From assembly GCA_963675665.1 (NCBI GenBank), contig OY776510.1, positions 128,001 through 192,000 on the forward strand: a DNA stretch of 64,000 nucleotides, written 5' to 3'. The number at the start of each line of letters is the position of its first letter. Position 1 is the first letter of the stretch. This DNA comes from Spirochaetia bacterium (GTDB lineage: Bacteria; Spirochaetota; Spirochaetia; UBA9216). A program made the translations under genes and the position numbers. The notes under the pieces are model-generated. The model was given only the letters and a program-made list of their open reading frames with translations. It made no database searches and was not told the DNA's origin. Positions 30,487 through 40,749 of this stretch are shown piece by piece.

Positions 30487-31206
30487 CTATTCAACTATAA
30501 TTTTTATAGCTTCAATCATTTCTGCAGCACTATCTATTCCGGTTAAATCCGTATAAAGCCCTGGATTTTCATCCAGAGAACCTCCGTGACCGACCAGCGA
30601 AAGAGAAACCGATTGCCCTTTTTCAATACAGCTGATATCAGCAGAATATATAATTGACGGTTGCCCTGCCCAATCATTATTGTCCTCTGTATATACAGCG
30701 TTTACATCATCCGATTTGTTCAGTTCTGCAAAAACTCTGGTTGCAGACGGAAGTTCATCTGTTGAAGTTTCAAGAGAAAAATCCGCCATGGGTGTTGCGG
30801 ACGTCAAAGTATCAGGATACGGATATTCCCTGCACGGCAGCCGGCTTCCGGAGTTTTTGAGTTTAAAACTCCAGAACGGCAGGCATTCAGAATAAAAGGC
30901 CTCTCCGTCTTCATTCTTTGCGGAATGATTTACCTCAGTAAAATCCGCTCCGGTTACATAAAGGGTCTGAACAAGCTCACCTTCCGCATTCTCAAGCCAG
31001 ACAGCCATTTGTGGAAGTACATTAAAGATGAACGGTCCTATATGCATTTGACTGCTCCACTCATCTCCGGTATCTGTATCGATAGTCAGAAGACGCTCTG
31101 CAGAATCGTCCAGTTGTATTACGGTATAAGAGGTATCCAGTTTATTCATTACACAACCTGAAAAAGTCAAAGTTGCAGCAACAACAATCAGTATTATTTT
31201 ATTCAT
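30487..31206 (-). CDS. Putative lipoprotein, DUF2271-like
   Basis: Lipobox TFSGC; PQMAVWLE, TLYVT, DTLTSAT. Confidence 0.6.
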   Translation of the reverse strand: MNKIILIVVAATLTFSGCVMNKLDTSYTVIQLDDSAERLLTIDTDTGDEWSSQMHIGPFIFNVLPQMAVWLENAEGELVQTLYVTGADFTEVNHSAKNEDGEAFYSECLPFWSFKLKNSGSRLPCREYPYPDTLTSATPMADFSLETSTDELPSATRVFAELNKSDDVNAVYTEDNNDWAGQPSIIYSADISCIEKGQSVSLSLVGHGGSLDENPGLYTDLTGIDSAAEMIEAIKIIVE

Positions 31207-31289
31207 TTCTGCTCCCAAATATATTGCTTCAGTATTATTTCAACTGAATATTACAACAATTGAAGCAGTTAAAAATGTTACCTTATTTT

Positions 31290-31691
31290 TCAGGAATTGC
31301 TTTTTTCCTCTTCCTTAATCATTTTTTCGATTCTCTGAACTCTTTTACCTACATCGTTTACCCGGTATTCAATTGTATTGAGAATCCAGAAAATGAAGTG
31401 GTTGTATTTATGCTGGGAATGGATCATCCAGACAATCTTTATTGACACAAGCAGCACAGAGATCTCCAGGGAAATAAAAGCCGGAAGCCAGTGGGTTGTG
31501 GTTTCCAGAATAAACATCAGGAGAATCAGTCCCAGAAAAACCAGGTTTATTATATTATCCCGGTTGGAATAGCTTTTACCGCCGATATTGCCGATGAGAG
31601 CCTTTATCTCTTCCTTTTCCTTATTGAATTCGGCTATTTCGGCTTCCAGCTGCGCCTTGTTCTGTTCCCATTCAGAATGATCGATACTCAT
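31290..31691 (-). CDS. Hypothetical 2-TM coiled-coil protein; start moved to MSIDHSE
   Basis: SD GGAGG before ATG 31691; coiled coil, 2 TM, FWILNTIEYR. Confidence 0.7.
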   Translation of the reverse strand: MSIDHSEWEQNKAQLEAEIAEFNKEKEEIKALIGNIGGKSYSNRDNIINLVFLGLILLMFILETTTHWLPAFISLEISVLLVSIKIVWMIHSQHKYNHFIFWILNTIEYRVNDVGKRVQRIEKMIKEEEKSNS

Positions 31692-31711
31692 AAATTGCCT
31701 CCACCGAATTA

Positions 31712-32500
31712 TTACATAATTGGAATCTCTAACAGCTTTTCTGAAATTTCCACAAAACCCTTTCCGCCGCATAACGACGCAACATAAGCAGGTTCGTTTT
31801 CAAGTATATCAGCAAAATCCAGAATATTGGCAACAGCAAATGAATTGGGCAGTAATCCAAACAGGGGTTCGTCATTCGGCGAATCACCGCAAAACACAGC
31901 TTCTGCCTTGAACTCATCTTCATCTAATCCGTAACGCTCTTTCATAAACAGAATCGCCATATCGCGCTTGCTGTAATTTCCAAACCAGGTATTAACGTGA
32001 ATTGAACTTACTTTGGCCTCCGCGCCGAAGCTTTCACAGATTTCTTTAATACGCACGGCTGTCTCGTACCCCAGGCGCGGCGGGTCTTCGTTAAAATCAA
32101 TGGCCAGATCATATATTCTTGCAAACTGGTCTCTTGCTTTTCTTACAAGCGGAATCTCGGTTTTTACAGCCCGATAAACCTGCTCAAGCTTTTTTATACT
32201 TTCACCGTCGGCAACAGAAGGATGGATAAAACTTTTAAGCTGCAAATTATCGAAGAAATAAACAAAAGCGCCGTTCTCGCCGATAACTGCATCAACCGGC
32301 CACTGGCGTATTATCATGTCGCACCATCCGGCCGGTCTGCCGGTTACCGGGATGATCTTCATTCCTGCATTTTGAAGCTGCCACAACGCTTTATATGCTT
32401 CAGCGCTCAGCTTGCCGTTGTCCGTAAGAGTGTCGTCTATATCCGTAAGTATAAAACGTACACCGTTTGCCGGCGGTAAAAACTCCTTAAGAGGCTTCAT
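31712..32500 (-). CDS. HAD-IIB family hydrolase
   Basis: TDIDDT, VTGRPAGW, GENG, GDSPND. Confidence 0.88.
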   Translation of the reverse strand: MKPLKEFLPPANGVRFILTDIDDTLTDNGKLSAEAYKALWQLQNAGMKIIPVTGRPAGWCDMIIRQWPVDAVIGENGAFVYFFDNLQLKSFIHPSVADGESIKKLEQVYRAVKTEIPLVRKARDQFARIYDLAIDFNEDPPRLGYETAVRIKEICESFGAEAKVSSIHVNTWFGNYSKRDMAILFMKERYGLDEDEFKAEAVFCGDSPNDEPLFGLLPNSFAVANILDFADILENEPAYVASLCGGKGFVEISEKLLEIPIM

Positions 32501-33077
32501 CGCTTTTAAAAATCTTTCTTACGGCAACAATATAGGTGATGAATGATAAAAGTGAAGCAAGCGCTGAAAGAATGAAAAACAGCGTTACAATCGCTTCAAA
32601 TATTCCGATGCCGCTGAAACTGAGTTCCAGGCGATAAACCGAAATCAGTAAAATGCCGAGAGCGCTTGATACCGTATAGGTTACAGCCTTGGCCTTGCCC
32701 CATATGCTGGCTGCCATTGCAGTGCCGCGTCCCATCATCATCATTCTGACAAATGTTATTCCAAGTTCACGATAAATTATTACAAGCAGGGCCCACAACG
32801 GCATAATTCCCGTAAAGGCAAAACAGATAAAAAATGTAACCCTGCTGATTACGTCCGAAAAAGGGTCCAGAATCTTTCCCAGATCGGTCACCATATTGTA
32901 TTTTCTCGCTATATAGCCGTCGAGAACGTCCGAGAGTTCCATCACAATCAGCATGGGTATCATTATAAATACCGAAGCAGCAGCAAAACTGCCGGTCCAT
33001 TCCGGAATGAAATATACAAGGAAAAATACAGGAGCAAGAATAATCCTGAAAACAGTTATTTTTGTCGGTAGATTCAT
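32487..33077 (-). CDS. pgsA: CDP-diacylglycerol--glycerol-3-phosphate 3-phosphatidyltransferase
   Basis: MNLPTKIT..RI; DVLDGYIARKYNMVTDLGKILDPFSD. Confidence 0.9.
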   Translation of the reverse strand: MNLPTKITVFRIILAPVFFLVYFIPEWTGSFAAASVFIMIPMLIVMELSDVLDGYIARKYNMVTDLGKILDPFSDVISRVTFFICFAFTGIMPLWALLVIIYRELGITFVRMMMMGRGTAMAASIWGKAKAVTYTVSSALGILLISVYRLELSFSGIGIFEAIVTLFFILSALASLLSFITYIVAVRKIFKSDEAS

Positions 33078-33120
33078 AATCTGAGGTTATGATTTAAACC
33101 GGATTATGTCAATGTAGGCC

Positions 33121-33270
33121 TAATTAAATCAACCCATGGCTGCCTTTGAACCATAAATCACAGCCGGAATCATCGCCAGCCGAAAACTACTGTCGAAAGA
33201 CTCCAGATGTTTTCAGCCGTCGATGCTGCCGGCAGTTATACCTGGGAAATTGCAGCCTTAGGTTCAATTA
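33121..33270 (-). ncRNA. Candidate structured ncRNA (rod-like hairpin with central bubble, 6S-like shape)
   Basis: Hand-folded nested stems AACCUAAGGCUGC/GCAGCCAUGGGUU, GCCGG/CCGGC, CAUCG/CGAUG, CGGCUGAAAAC/GUUUUCGGCUG; G-U pairs favour minus strand. Confidence 0.45.
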
Positions 33271-33297
33271 ATCTATTTATCTGAAATATTACAAGAA

Positions 33298-33588
33298 TCA
33301 GGCATGTTTCCGGGAGGCTTCTTTGAACATTTCCTGATATCTTGTTTTTTTTGCGTAGGAATAAAGAACCTTATAACCCTTTTCGGTACGTTCCCTGAAT
33401 ATTTCACGCAGTTTGTCATCCATTTCACGTCTTGTTTTAAAAGTATAGACCTTTTCACGACCGGAGCCCTGATCCATTCCGTATATGGTACTGAATGAAT
33501 ATTTTGAAAAAAGATGCGACTGCCTGTCATGAATTGAGTAGTAGCGGATGCTTGAATCATTCATAGTCTTGAAAAAGGTAATCATCAT
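33298..33588 (-). CDS. Small WGR-domain-like protein
   Basis: RYYSI...QSHLF...YG...G.EKVYTF...KGY pattern. Confidence 0.55.
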   Translation of the reverse strand: MMITFFKTMNDSSIRYYSIHDRQSHLFSKYSFSTIYGMDQGSGREKVYTFKTRREMDDKLREIFRERTEKGYKVLYSYAKKTRYQEMFKEASRKHA

Positions 33589-33624
33589 ACATTTTGAGTA
33601 TCGACCGGTTTGCCTATAAACTAT

Positions 33625-34353
33625 TCACTCGATATGACGAATTATTACAGGTTTATTCATTTTATCAAAGCGAATGCGGTATTCAATGCTTGGTGTAATT
33701 GCGGCGGCTTCAGCCATTCCTGAAGAAACAGAAAACCCCGGCAAAGACAATAATCTTTTTAGAAGGAAACTTCCGGCGGCATCCTGCGGATCAGTCTCCG
33801 ACTGGCTGAAACCCTCAAACCGGTATACAGAGCCGGATCCGGTAATAAAAAAATAATCCGGAAACTCTATAAGAACCAGCTGAGGATAAACCGTTTTGCT
33901 TTCTATACTGTCGATTCCGGTCCGGCCGTCCGGTGTTTCAAACTGAATCCGGGTAAAATCACTTCCTTCCGAAATGGTACGGTAAGTACAGACCTCGGCT
34001 CCCGGCACAACGCACAGCCAACCGTAAAGAGAATACCAGGTACCGCTTATAAACAGCACAAGAATAAACAGCAGCGGAAGTCCTGCTGCTTTCCAGAACA
34101 GAACTCCAAGGTACCCTGCAGCCGTACTTCCCGCCAGCCAGTACAGCATAAAAGAAAGCGCCGTAAAATCAAAACCGGCGACAAACATCGCAGCCAGAAC
34201 AGATAAAATTGCCAGGCTTAACAGAACTGATGCCGCAGGAGCGCTGCGTCTTTTCCGCGGAGACAGAACAAAACTAAGACCGCCTCCGAGCAGCAACCCG
34301 CCGAGGGTCAGCCAAAGATAAGTGTTTCCGGGATCAATTACCCCGCAATTCAT
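33625..34353 (-). CDS. Hypothetical membrane protein
   Basis: 4 N-terminal TMs plus soluble domain; overlaps end of the M32 gene. Confidence 0.65.
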   Translation of the reverse strand: MNCGVIDPGNTYLWLTLGGLLLGGGLSFVLSPRKRRSAPAASVLLSLAILSVLAAMFVAGFDFTALSFMLYWLAGSTAAGYLGVLFWKAAGLPLLFILVLFISGTWYSLYGWLCVVPGAEVCTYRTISEGSDFTRIQFETPDGRTGIDSIESKTVYPQLVLIEFPDYFFITGSGSVYRFEGFSQSETDPQDAAGSFLLKRLLSLPGFSVSSGMAEAAAITPSIEYRIRFDKMNKPVIIRHIE

Positions 34354-35857
34354 AGATTCCGCCGTATTTGTTTTCCAGGTAATCGCTGAAATAGCGGGGG
34401 TTCAGGCTTTCCCCTGTTACCCTTCGGCAAAGCTCGTCCGCCGGATAAACCATTCCGTACTGATGAATGTTTTCCCTCAGCCAGCCCAGGATTTTATCGA
34501 ATTCTCCGCGCCGGACCAAAGCATCTAGATCATTAAATTCATTCATCATTGAATTTCTGAACTGTGCGGCATACAGATTGCCGAGCGCGTAAGTGGGGAA
34601 GTACCCTATAAGGCCCGCAGACCAGTGAACATCCTGCAGGACCCCTTCTGAATCGGTTTTTGGTTTAATACCCAGAAGCTCTTTCATTCGCCGGTTCCAC
34701 TCATCCGGAAGCGACGATACTGCAAGCTCGCCCGAAAGCATCGCTTTTTCAATCTCAAAACGCAGGATTACATGCAGACTGTATGTAACCTCGTCGGCTT
34801 CCACACGGATAAACGAAGGAGAAACCCTGTTTACAGCCCGGTAAAAATCATTAATTTCTACGCCTTCAGTCTGACTTCCGAATATTTTCTGAAATTCCGG
34901 AAAAAACAGTTCCCAGAAAGCAAGACTTCGGCCTACCATATTTTCCCAAAACCTGGACTGCGATTCATGAATACCCAGAGAAACTCCTGTTGCAAGAATT
35001 GTCCCTGCAATATTTTTACCCGTTCCAAGCTCATACAACGCATGTCCGCATTCATGAATATTACTGAACAGCCCGCTGGTAACCAGCTTTTCGTCGTAAC
35101 GGGTTGTAATTCGTACATCGTTTGTTCCCAAGGTTGTAGTAAAAGGATGGGCTGATATATCAAGACGGCCCCTGTCCATCGGGAATCCTATTTTGTCTAT
35201 TACGCTTCGTCCGAACCGGTCCTGCAGATCAGCCGGGTAATTCTTTCTAAGAAATGAAGTGTCGACCTGCTTCGATTTTGCAATTCTCGCCGTCAGATCC
35301 GCAAGTTCTCTGCCGAGAGGTCCGAAAACATCCTGGACCTGCGAGGACGTCATCCATGGTTCATATTCGTCAAGCAGCGCATCGTACGGGTGTTCCCTGT
35401 AGCCGATTTTCTCCGCTTTTTCACGGTTCAGCTCAATTATCCTTGTAAGACTGTCCTCAAAAATTGTGAAATCGGCATTTTCCCTGGCGTTCACCCAGAA
35501 GGTATGTGCAAGACCCGTCTGCCTGGCCATCTCGGTAACAAGAGATTCAGGCAAACGTGAAGCACGCCTGTAGTTGCGGTACATTTCGCGAATAAAGGCT
35601 TTATCCTCCGCAGGAAAGTCGCCCTTGCCTTCGGGTTTATCGTCATCCGCGCCCAGCACCGATAACAGGCGGCCGATTTCAGGAGAGGTGAGTTTCTGAT
35701 GCATTATACCCTCAAGAAGCGCAAGCTGATCGGCACGTTCTTCATTACCCGCATCGGGCATATTGGTTTCCTGGTCCCAGGAGACAATTGCCTGAGTATG
35801 CTCAAGCAGATAGAGATCACGCGCAGATTTCTTCAGATTAACAAGGCTGTCTTTCAT
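34334..35857 (-). CDS. Carboxypeptidase, M32 family
   Basis: HPF, DVRITTR, HECGH, HESQ, IRVEADE, QDVHW, GYFPTY. Confidence 0.95.
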   Translation of the reverse strand: MKDSLVNLKKSARDLYLLEHTQAIVSWDQETNMPDAGNEERADQLALLEGIMHQKLTSPEIGRLLSVLGADDDKPEGKGDFPAEDKAFIREMYRNYRRASRLPESLVTEMARQTGLAHTFWVNARENADFTIFEDSLTRIIELNREKAEKIGYREHPYDALLDEYEPWMTSSQVQDVFGPLGRELADLTARIAKSKQVDTSFLRKNYPADLQDRFGRSVIDKIGFPMDRGRLDISAHPFTTTLGTNDVRITTRYDEKLVTSGLFSNIHECGHALYELGTGKNIAGTILATGVSLGIHESQSRFWENMVGRSLAFWELFFPEFQKIFGSQTEGVEINDFYRAVNRVSPSFIRVEADEVTYSLHVILRFEIEKAMLSGELAVSSLPDEWNRRMKELLGIKPKTDSEGVLQDVHWSAGLIGYFPTYALGNLYAAQFRNSMMNEFNDLDALVRRGEFDKILGWLRENIHQYGMVYPADELCRRVTGESLNPRYFSDYLENKYGGIYELRGN

Positions 35858-36002
35858 TCTTCCCCCTATTCCAATTCGATTACATTTTACCGAATTCCCT
35901 GTAAATTCGATGTTGTCTATTTACCGAAGCGTATGTATATTCTACAGATAATTTATGCAAAATTCAAACAATAGATTATTTTTCTGTTATATTGGAGATT
36001 AT

Positions 36003-36728
36003 ATGAATAAAAGCCAGGTTACAAATTTGGCAGCTGCGGGCATTATTGCCGCCGGATACATTGTATCTATTTATGCCAGCCCTGCAATCGGTTCACATAT
36101 TAAAACGGTCGGTTATTTTGCTCTTTCGGGAGCAATAACAAACTGGCTTGCAGTCTATATGCTGTTCGACAAGGTTCCCGGGCTTTACGGTTCCGGCGTT
36201 ATTCCGGCGCATTTTGAGGAAATCAAGGGATGGATTCGCGGAATGGTCATGGAACAGTTCTTTACCAGGGAAAATCTTGATCGTTATTTTGCCGAGGGAC
36301 AGACGCTGCTGCTTGAATCCTTCGACTTTGAAAAAGCTGTCGACAAGCTTGATTATGACCGGATATACGACACAGTAAAGGGCGAGATCCTGTCCAGCAC
36401 CCTCGGAGGAATGCTGGGAATGTTCGGCGGATCAGGCCTGTTCGAAAAATACCGCGATCCGTTTAAAATCAAAATCCGCGAATACATTCTTATCGAAATT
36501 ACATCTCCACAGTTCTTTGAAACCATTACCGCCTCGGGAAACCTGGATATTACATCGATTGTAATGGAAAAGGTAACCGAAATAGTTCAGGCAAGGCTTG
36601 ATGAGCTGACTCCGGTGATGATAAAGGAAATCGTTCAGGAAATGATCAGAGTTCATCTGGGATGGCTTGTAGTATGGGGCGGCGTTTTCGGCGGGGTAAT
36701 AGGCCTTGCAATGAGCTTTGTAAGCTGA
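36003..36728 (+). CDS. DUF445-family protein; start moved to MNKSQV
   Basis: GAITNWLAVYMLF..VPGLYGSGVIP; HLGWLVVWGGVFGG. Confidence 0.82.
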   Translation: MNKSQVTNLAAAGIIAAGYIVSIYASPAIGSHIKTVGYFALSGAITNWLAVYMLFDKVPGLYGSGVIPAHFEEIKGWIRGMVMEQFFTRENLDRYFAEGQTLLLESFDFEKAVDKLDYDRIYDTVKGEILSSTLGGMLGMFGGSGLFEKYRDPFKIKIREYILIEITSPQFFETITASGNLDITSIVMEKVTEIVQARLDELTPVMIKEIVQEMIRVHLGWLVVWGGVFGGVIGLAMSFVS

Positions 36729-37295
36729 ATGAATTCTGCACTGATTCTTGCCGGAGGTAATAGCTCGCGTTTCGGGAGTAACAAAGCCATTGCCGGATTG
36801 AATGGAAAACCAGTGATTGCACATATTCTATCTCAGCTTGAACCGCTTTTTTCAGAAATAATCATATCAGCAAAAGATTCAGAAGAATATTCTGGACTGG
36901 GCCTTCCTGTCTGTACCGATATTTTGCAAGGATTCGGCCCGCTTGCAGGAATACACGCAGGGCTTAAAGCAGCCTCATCTGAACATGTTTTTGTTACCGC
37001 CTGCGATATGCCGTTTATATCTAAGAAACTTATCCACCGAATGAAGAAACAGATATACAGATCAAAACCGGCAGCAGTCGTTTCCAGTCGTGGAGATTTC
37101 ATAGAGCCCTTTCACGGGTTCTATTCAAAAAGCCTTGTTCCTGTAATTGAAGAAACAGCAAAGACAGGTCACTGTGGAATATTCTCATTCCTGAAAAAAA
37201 TATATCCGGCGGTAATAGAATCTTCGGATGAATATATTTTTTATAATGTAAACCGGCCTGAAGATCTTGAAAAGCTTACTATTACCACCCTGTAA
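36729..37295 (+). CDS. mobA: Molybdenum cofactor guanylyltransferase
   Basis: LAGGNSSRFGSNKA, GPLAGI, ACDMP, NVN.PED. Confidence 0.88.
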   Translation: MNSALILAGGNSSRFGSNKAIAGLNGKPVIAHILSQLEPLFSEIIISAKDSEEYSGLGLPVCTDILQGFGPLAGIHAGLKAASSEHVFVTACDMPFISKKLIHRMKKQIYRSKPAAVVSSRGDFIEPFHGFYSKSLVPVIEETAKTGHCGIFSFLKKIYPAVIESSDEYIFYNVNRPEDLEKLTITTL

Positions 37296-37397
37296 TTCTT
37301 TAAACATAACCATCTGGACCACTTAAATGGTTATTATAGAAGTCTTCTTAAGAACTTTCGCACGATTTATATTTTTTTCACTGTTGTCCATATGGGA

Positions 37398-38330
37398 CTA
37401 TAAAGCACCGATTTTAATTTTTACTCCGCAGTCTCTGCCGATATCAACAAGGTACTGCAGATCTTCCTTCTTTACAGGCTGCAAATCATGCAGTTTGTAT
37501 TTCCTTCCAAGGCCTTTGTATTTCATGTTGCCGAGCCTGTGATACGGAAGGATCTCTATCCAAAGCAAATTCTTCAATTTCGAAGCCCATTCGAAAATTT
37601 CGCGCTGAATATCCGGCTGATCATTAATTCCGGGAATGGAAGGAACCCGTATAATCATTTTCTTATTGAACCCGTCCAGTTTAATGATATTTTTAAGAAT
37701 TTGATCATTATTGACGCCGGTATACTTTTTATGAAGAACGCTGTCACTGTGCTTAATATCAACATAGATCAAATCAGCGTCCCGTAAAATGTGTAACGAG
37801 CTGTCTTCGTTAGTGTAGAGACATGTTTCAACTGCAACATGAAAATGATAGTCTTTGCAGGCTTTAATCAGCTCTGCTAAAAACTTTGACTGAAGAAGAG
37901 GTTCTCCCCCGGAAAAAGTAACACCCCCTCCTGATTCTATATAAAAGTCCCGGTCTTTTAAAACTTCCGCCATAACCTCGTTTACGGACATTTCCCTGCC
38001 TGTAAACTCGCGCGCACCGTAATAACATGCGCTTACACACTCGCCGCATAATACGCATTTTGAAAAATCTGTATAAATTCCGTATTTATCATCGTACCGA
38101 ACAGCCCCGACCGGACATTTTTCAACACACCGACCGCATAGACTGCATTTATTGGGAAAGTATATAATCTGCGGTTTTTTTATCTGAGATTCGGGATTTG
38201 CGCACCAGTCGCATCTTAACGGACAGCCCTTCATAAAAACAACCGTCCTTATTCCCGGGCCGTCTTCAAGACCATAACGTTCAATATTAAAAATTATACC
38301 CTTCATCTGCCCCATCCTGCTTTCAGGCAT
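37398..38330 (-). CDS. Glycyl-radical enzyme activase 1 (radical SAM with ferredoxin insert)
   Basis: DGPGIRT, GCPLRCDWCANPES, two CX2CX2CX3C, GGVTFSGGEP. Confidence 0.93.
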   Translation of the reverse strand: MPESRMGQMKGIIFNIERYGLEDGPGIRTVVFMKGCPLRCDWCANPESQIKKPQIIYFPNKCSLCGRCVEKCPVGAVRYDDKYGIYTDFSKCVLCGECVSACYYGAREFTGREMSVNEVMAEVLKDRDFYIESGGGVTFSGGEPLLQSKFLAELIKACKDYHFHVAVETCLYTNEDSSLHILRDADLIYVDIKHSDSVLHKKYTGVNNDQILKNIIKLDGFNKKMIIRVPSIPGINDQPDIQREIFEWASKLKNLLWIEILPYHRLGNMKYKGLGRKYKLHDLQPVKKEDLQYLVDIGRDCGVKIKIGAL

Positions 38331-40734
38331 TTACCTCCGCCCTTCCGATAAGATCGTCCTGGCAGGCGCTGTCCAGCAGGGTGAACAGACAGCTGTATCC
38401 GGAAACCCTGACCATCAGGTCTCTGTACATATCCGGATTGGCTTTTGCGGCCTTCAGGGTTGAATTGTCAACAACATTGAACTGGATCTGCTGGCCGTAT
38501 TTATCAAAAAACACCTTTATCAGCGCGGCAATCCGCTTCCGCCCTTCAAGCGATTTCAAAATACCGTTTGCAAGCCTCATATTCAGTATGGCGCCCTTCT
38601 GGAACCATTCCGTCGGCATTTTACTGACGGAAAGCACTGTGGCAGTTGCACCCATTTTCTCCGCCCCGTTGCACGGTGAAATACCGTTGTTGACCGGCTG
38701 ACCGGCTTTTCTTCCGTCGGGAGTTGCTCCGATTAACTTGCCGAACGCAACATTTCCGGTAACGGGGCTGATATTGGTTGAGAAACACCCGGGAACCGGT
38801 CCTTTGCCGTACCTTGAATTCCTGAAATCCTTGTGAAAACTGCTGCCTATAAAGTCGGCGATTCTTACAGACCATTTATCAACTGAATCTTCATCGTTTC
38901 CGAATTTAGGAGCCTTGTTTATCAGAAGCTGCCTTATTTCCTCACCGGTTGGAGATGTTGTCGTATCCTCGAAATTTGAGGACAGGGCATGCATCAACTG
39001 CTCTGAGGTTACCAGATTTTTATCAAATACAGCGTATTCGATTGCCCCGAGAGAATCTCCGGCTGTATTTATTCCGGCTGTCGGCCCTCCGTCTGCGGAA
39101 TAAACGGAACCTCCTTCAATCAGTGAAAGCCCCCGCTCTACGCAGTCTGCTATCAGCGATGATGAAAACGCGTTTATGTCCCGTTCCCTGTGCAGGTCGT
39201 CGCTGATATGTTCCATGATAACAATCAAACTCATGTAATAATTCAGCTGCTTTTTAAACGACTCGAATAATTCTTCAGTACTTTTCAGTTCAGTCAGATC
39301 TCCGTCGCCGGGCAGCAGGGTTATTCCTTTAGCAGGGTCCGTCCCGTTATTCAGGGTTATTTCGAGGACCTTTGCGATATTTAAGCCGCCGCCTTTTGCC
39401 GCAAAATCCCATTTTCCCGGAATAGAAGCTTCAATGCATCCTACCGGGGCCCAGTTTACGGCATCTTCACGGCTAACCCCCATACCTGTAAGGGTTCGTA
39501 TGAAAGCCTTGTCATTATAGAATGCAGGCATACCGCCTTTATGCTTCTGTACAGCCTCCAGAGCCCTTGTTATAAAACCGTCATCGGTACCTTCAAACCA
39601 CTTAACGGAAAGTGATGACGTAAAAAGCTTTACATCCTCATAGGCTTCGATACAGAGCCAGGAAAGATCATTAACAGCGTCCTTTCCGTCAACGGTCTGT
39701 CCTCCGATGGAAAGATTTATTGCCATATGGTAATTCGGCATCATCTGGGTTTCATCCCAGCAGCGCAGTTTATTCAGCGAATTCATTTTTATAACGAACA
39801 GTTCAATTAATACAAGCGCTTCCTCTCTGCTCAAAGAACCGTCTTCAATGTCCGCTGAATACAGCGGATACAGGTACTGATCAAATCTACCGACAGAATT
39901 TGAATGACCGTTGGACTCAATATAATACATCAGAAGTATGAACCAAACGCTCTGAACACCTTCCCTGAAATTCCGCGCGGGATTTTCCGGGACGTTCGCA
40001 CAGCTTTCCGCCATTCGCATCAGTTCCGCTTTTCTTTCAGGATCCTTTTCCTGTTTCGCTTCTTTCAGACATAACTCTGAATAGCGATTTGCAAACCGGA
40101 TAACAGCTTCATTTGAGATAACAACGGCATTTAAAAACCAGTGTTTTTTTATTGCATCCGGCTGCGTCAAATCGAGTTCTTCAAGCTTCTTTTTTGCATG
40201 ATTGATAACATATCTCAATCCCTTCCTGACGACCAGCTCAAAATCAGGAAGCATATTCCCCAGAGCTGCAACTATAACCCAGGTATTGTCTATTACGCCC
40301 ATCTCCCAGGCCTGAGTGCATTCAGGCGGCAGCCGTTTTTTATAGCTTTCAAAAAGGGTCTTTCCTTCCCAGTATTGTATTATTTCCAGCAATTCAGCCC
40401 TTACTTCGTCGCTGCAGATGAACCTGTCGGCAGGTCTCCGGTCCAGCGGATAGGGGATCCCGTTAAGATCATTTTTAAGCCATTCGGTTGAATATTCAGG
40501 GTAGATAGGTGCAGCCCAGGGCCTGCTTGTCTGATTGCCGACAATAAGTTCGCCTTCCGATACAAAAAGCGACATATTATCAAGTACATTTGCAAATGCC
40601 TTTGCTCTTCTTACCGCTATATTTTCGCCCTCGGTCTGCTTCATTGACTGTGTAAAAAACCTGGCCCTTTCGCTGCAGATTTCGGGTACTGTTTCAAAAA
40701 AACGGCTTCGTAAACTTTCGATTCTTGTATCCAT
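38323..40734 (-). CDS. Glycyl radical enzyme 1 (non-PFL, YbiW-like)
   Basis: ESNGHS, GRFDQYLYP, Cys loop VGCIE, ATPDGR, Gly loop RVSGY. Confidence 0.92.
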   Translation of the reverse strand: MDTRIESLRSRFFETVPEICSERARFFTQSMKQTEGENIAVRRAKAFANVLDNMSLFVSEGELIVGNQTSRPWAAPIYPEYSTEWLKNDLNGIPYPLDRRPADRFICSDEVRAELLEIIQYWEGKTLFESYKKRLPPECTQAWEMGVIDNTWVIVAALGNMLPDFELVVRKGLRYVINHAKKKLEELDLTQPDAIKKHWFLNAVVISNEAVIRFANRYSELCLKEAKQEKDPERKAELMRMAESCANVPENPARNFREGVQSVWFILLMYYIESNGHSNSVGRFDQYLYPLYSADIEDGSLSREEALVLIELFVIKMNSLNKLRCWDETQMMPNYHMAINLSIGGQTVDGKDAVNDLSWLCIEAYEDVKLFTSSLSVKWFEGTDDGFITRALEAVQKHKGGMPAFYNDKAFIRTLTGMGVSREDAVNWAPVGCIEASIPGKWDFAAKGGGLNIAKVLEITLNNGTDPAKGITLLPGDGDLTELKSTEELFESFKKQLNYYMSLIVIMEHISDDLHRERDINAFSSSLIADCVERGLSLIEGGSVYSADGGPTAGINTAGDSLGAIEYAVFDKNLVTSEQLMHALSSNFEDTTTSPTGEEIRQLLINKAPKFGNDEDSVDKWSVRIADFIGSSFHKDFRNSRYGKGPVPGCFSTNISPVTGNVAFGKLIGATPDGRKAGQPVNNGISPCNGAEKMGATATVLSVSKMPTEWFQKGAILNMRLANGILKSLEGRKRIAALIKVFFDKYGQQIQFNVVDNSTLKAAKANPDMYRDLMVRVSGYSCLFTLLDSACQDDLIGRAEVNA

Positions 40735-40749
40735 ATAACCCCCCTCTCC

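Noticed and set aside
33121-33270. SRP RNA or tRNA
   Set aside because: No GNRA-capped domain IV with the AGCAG motif and no cloverleaf or T-loop
36729-37295. mobA as part of the AOR/GRE island
   Set aside because: Opposite strand and abutting the DUF445 gene; AOR-family enzymes use non-nucleotide bis-pterin, so adjacency is probably coincidental
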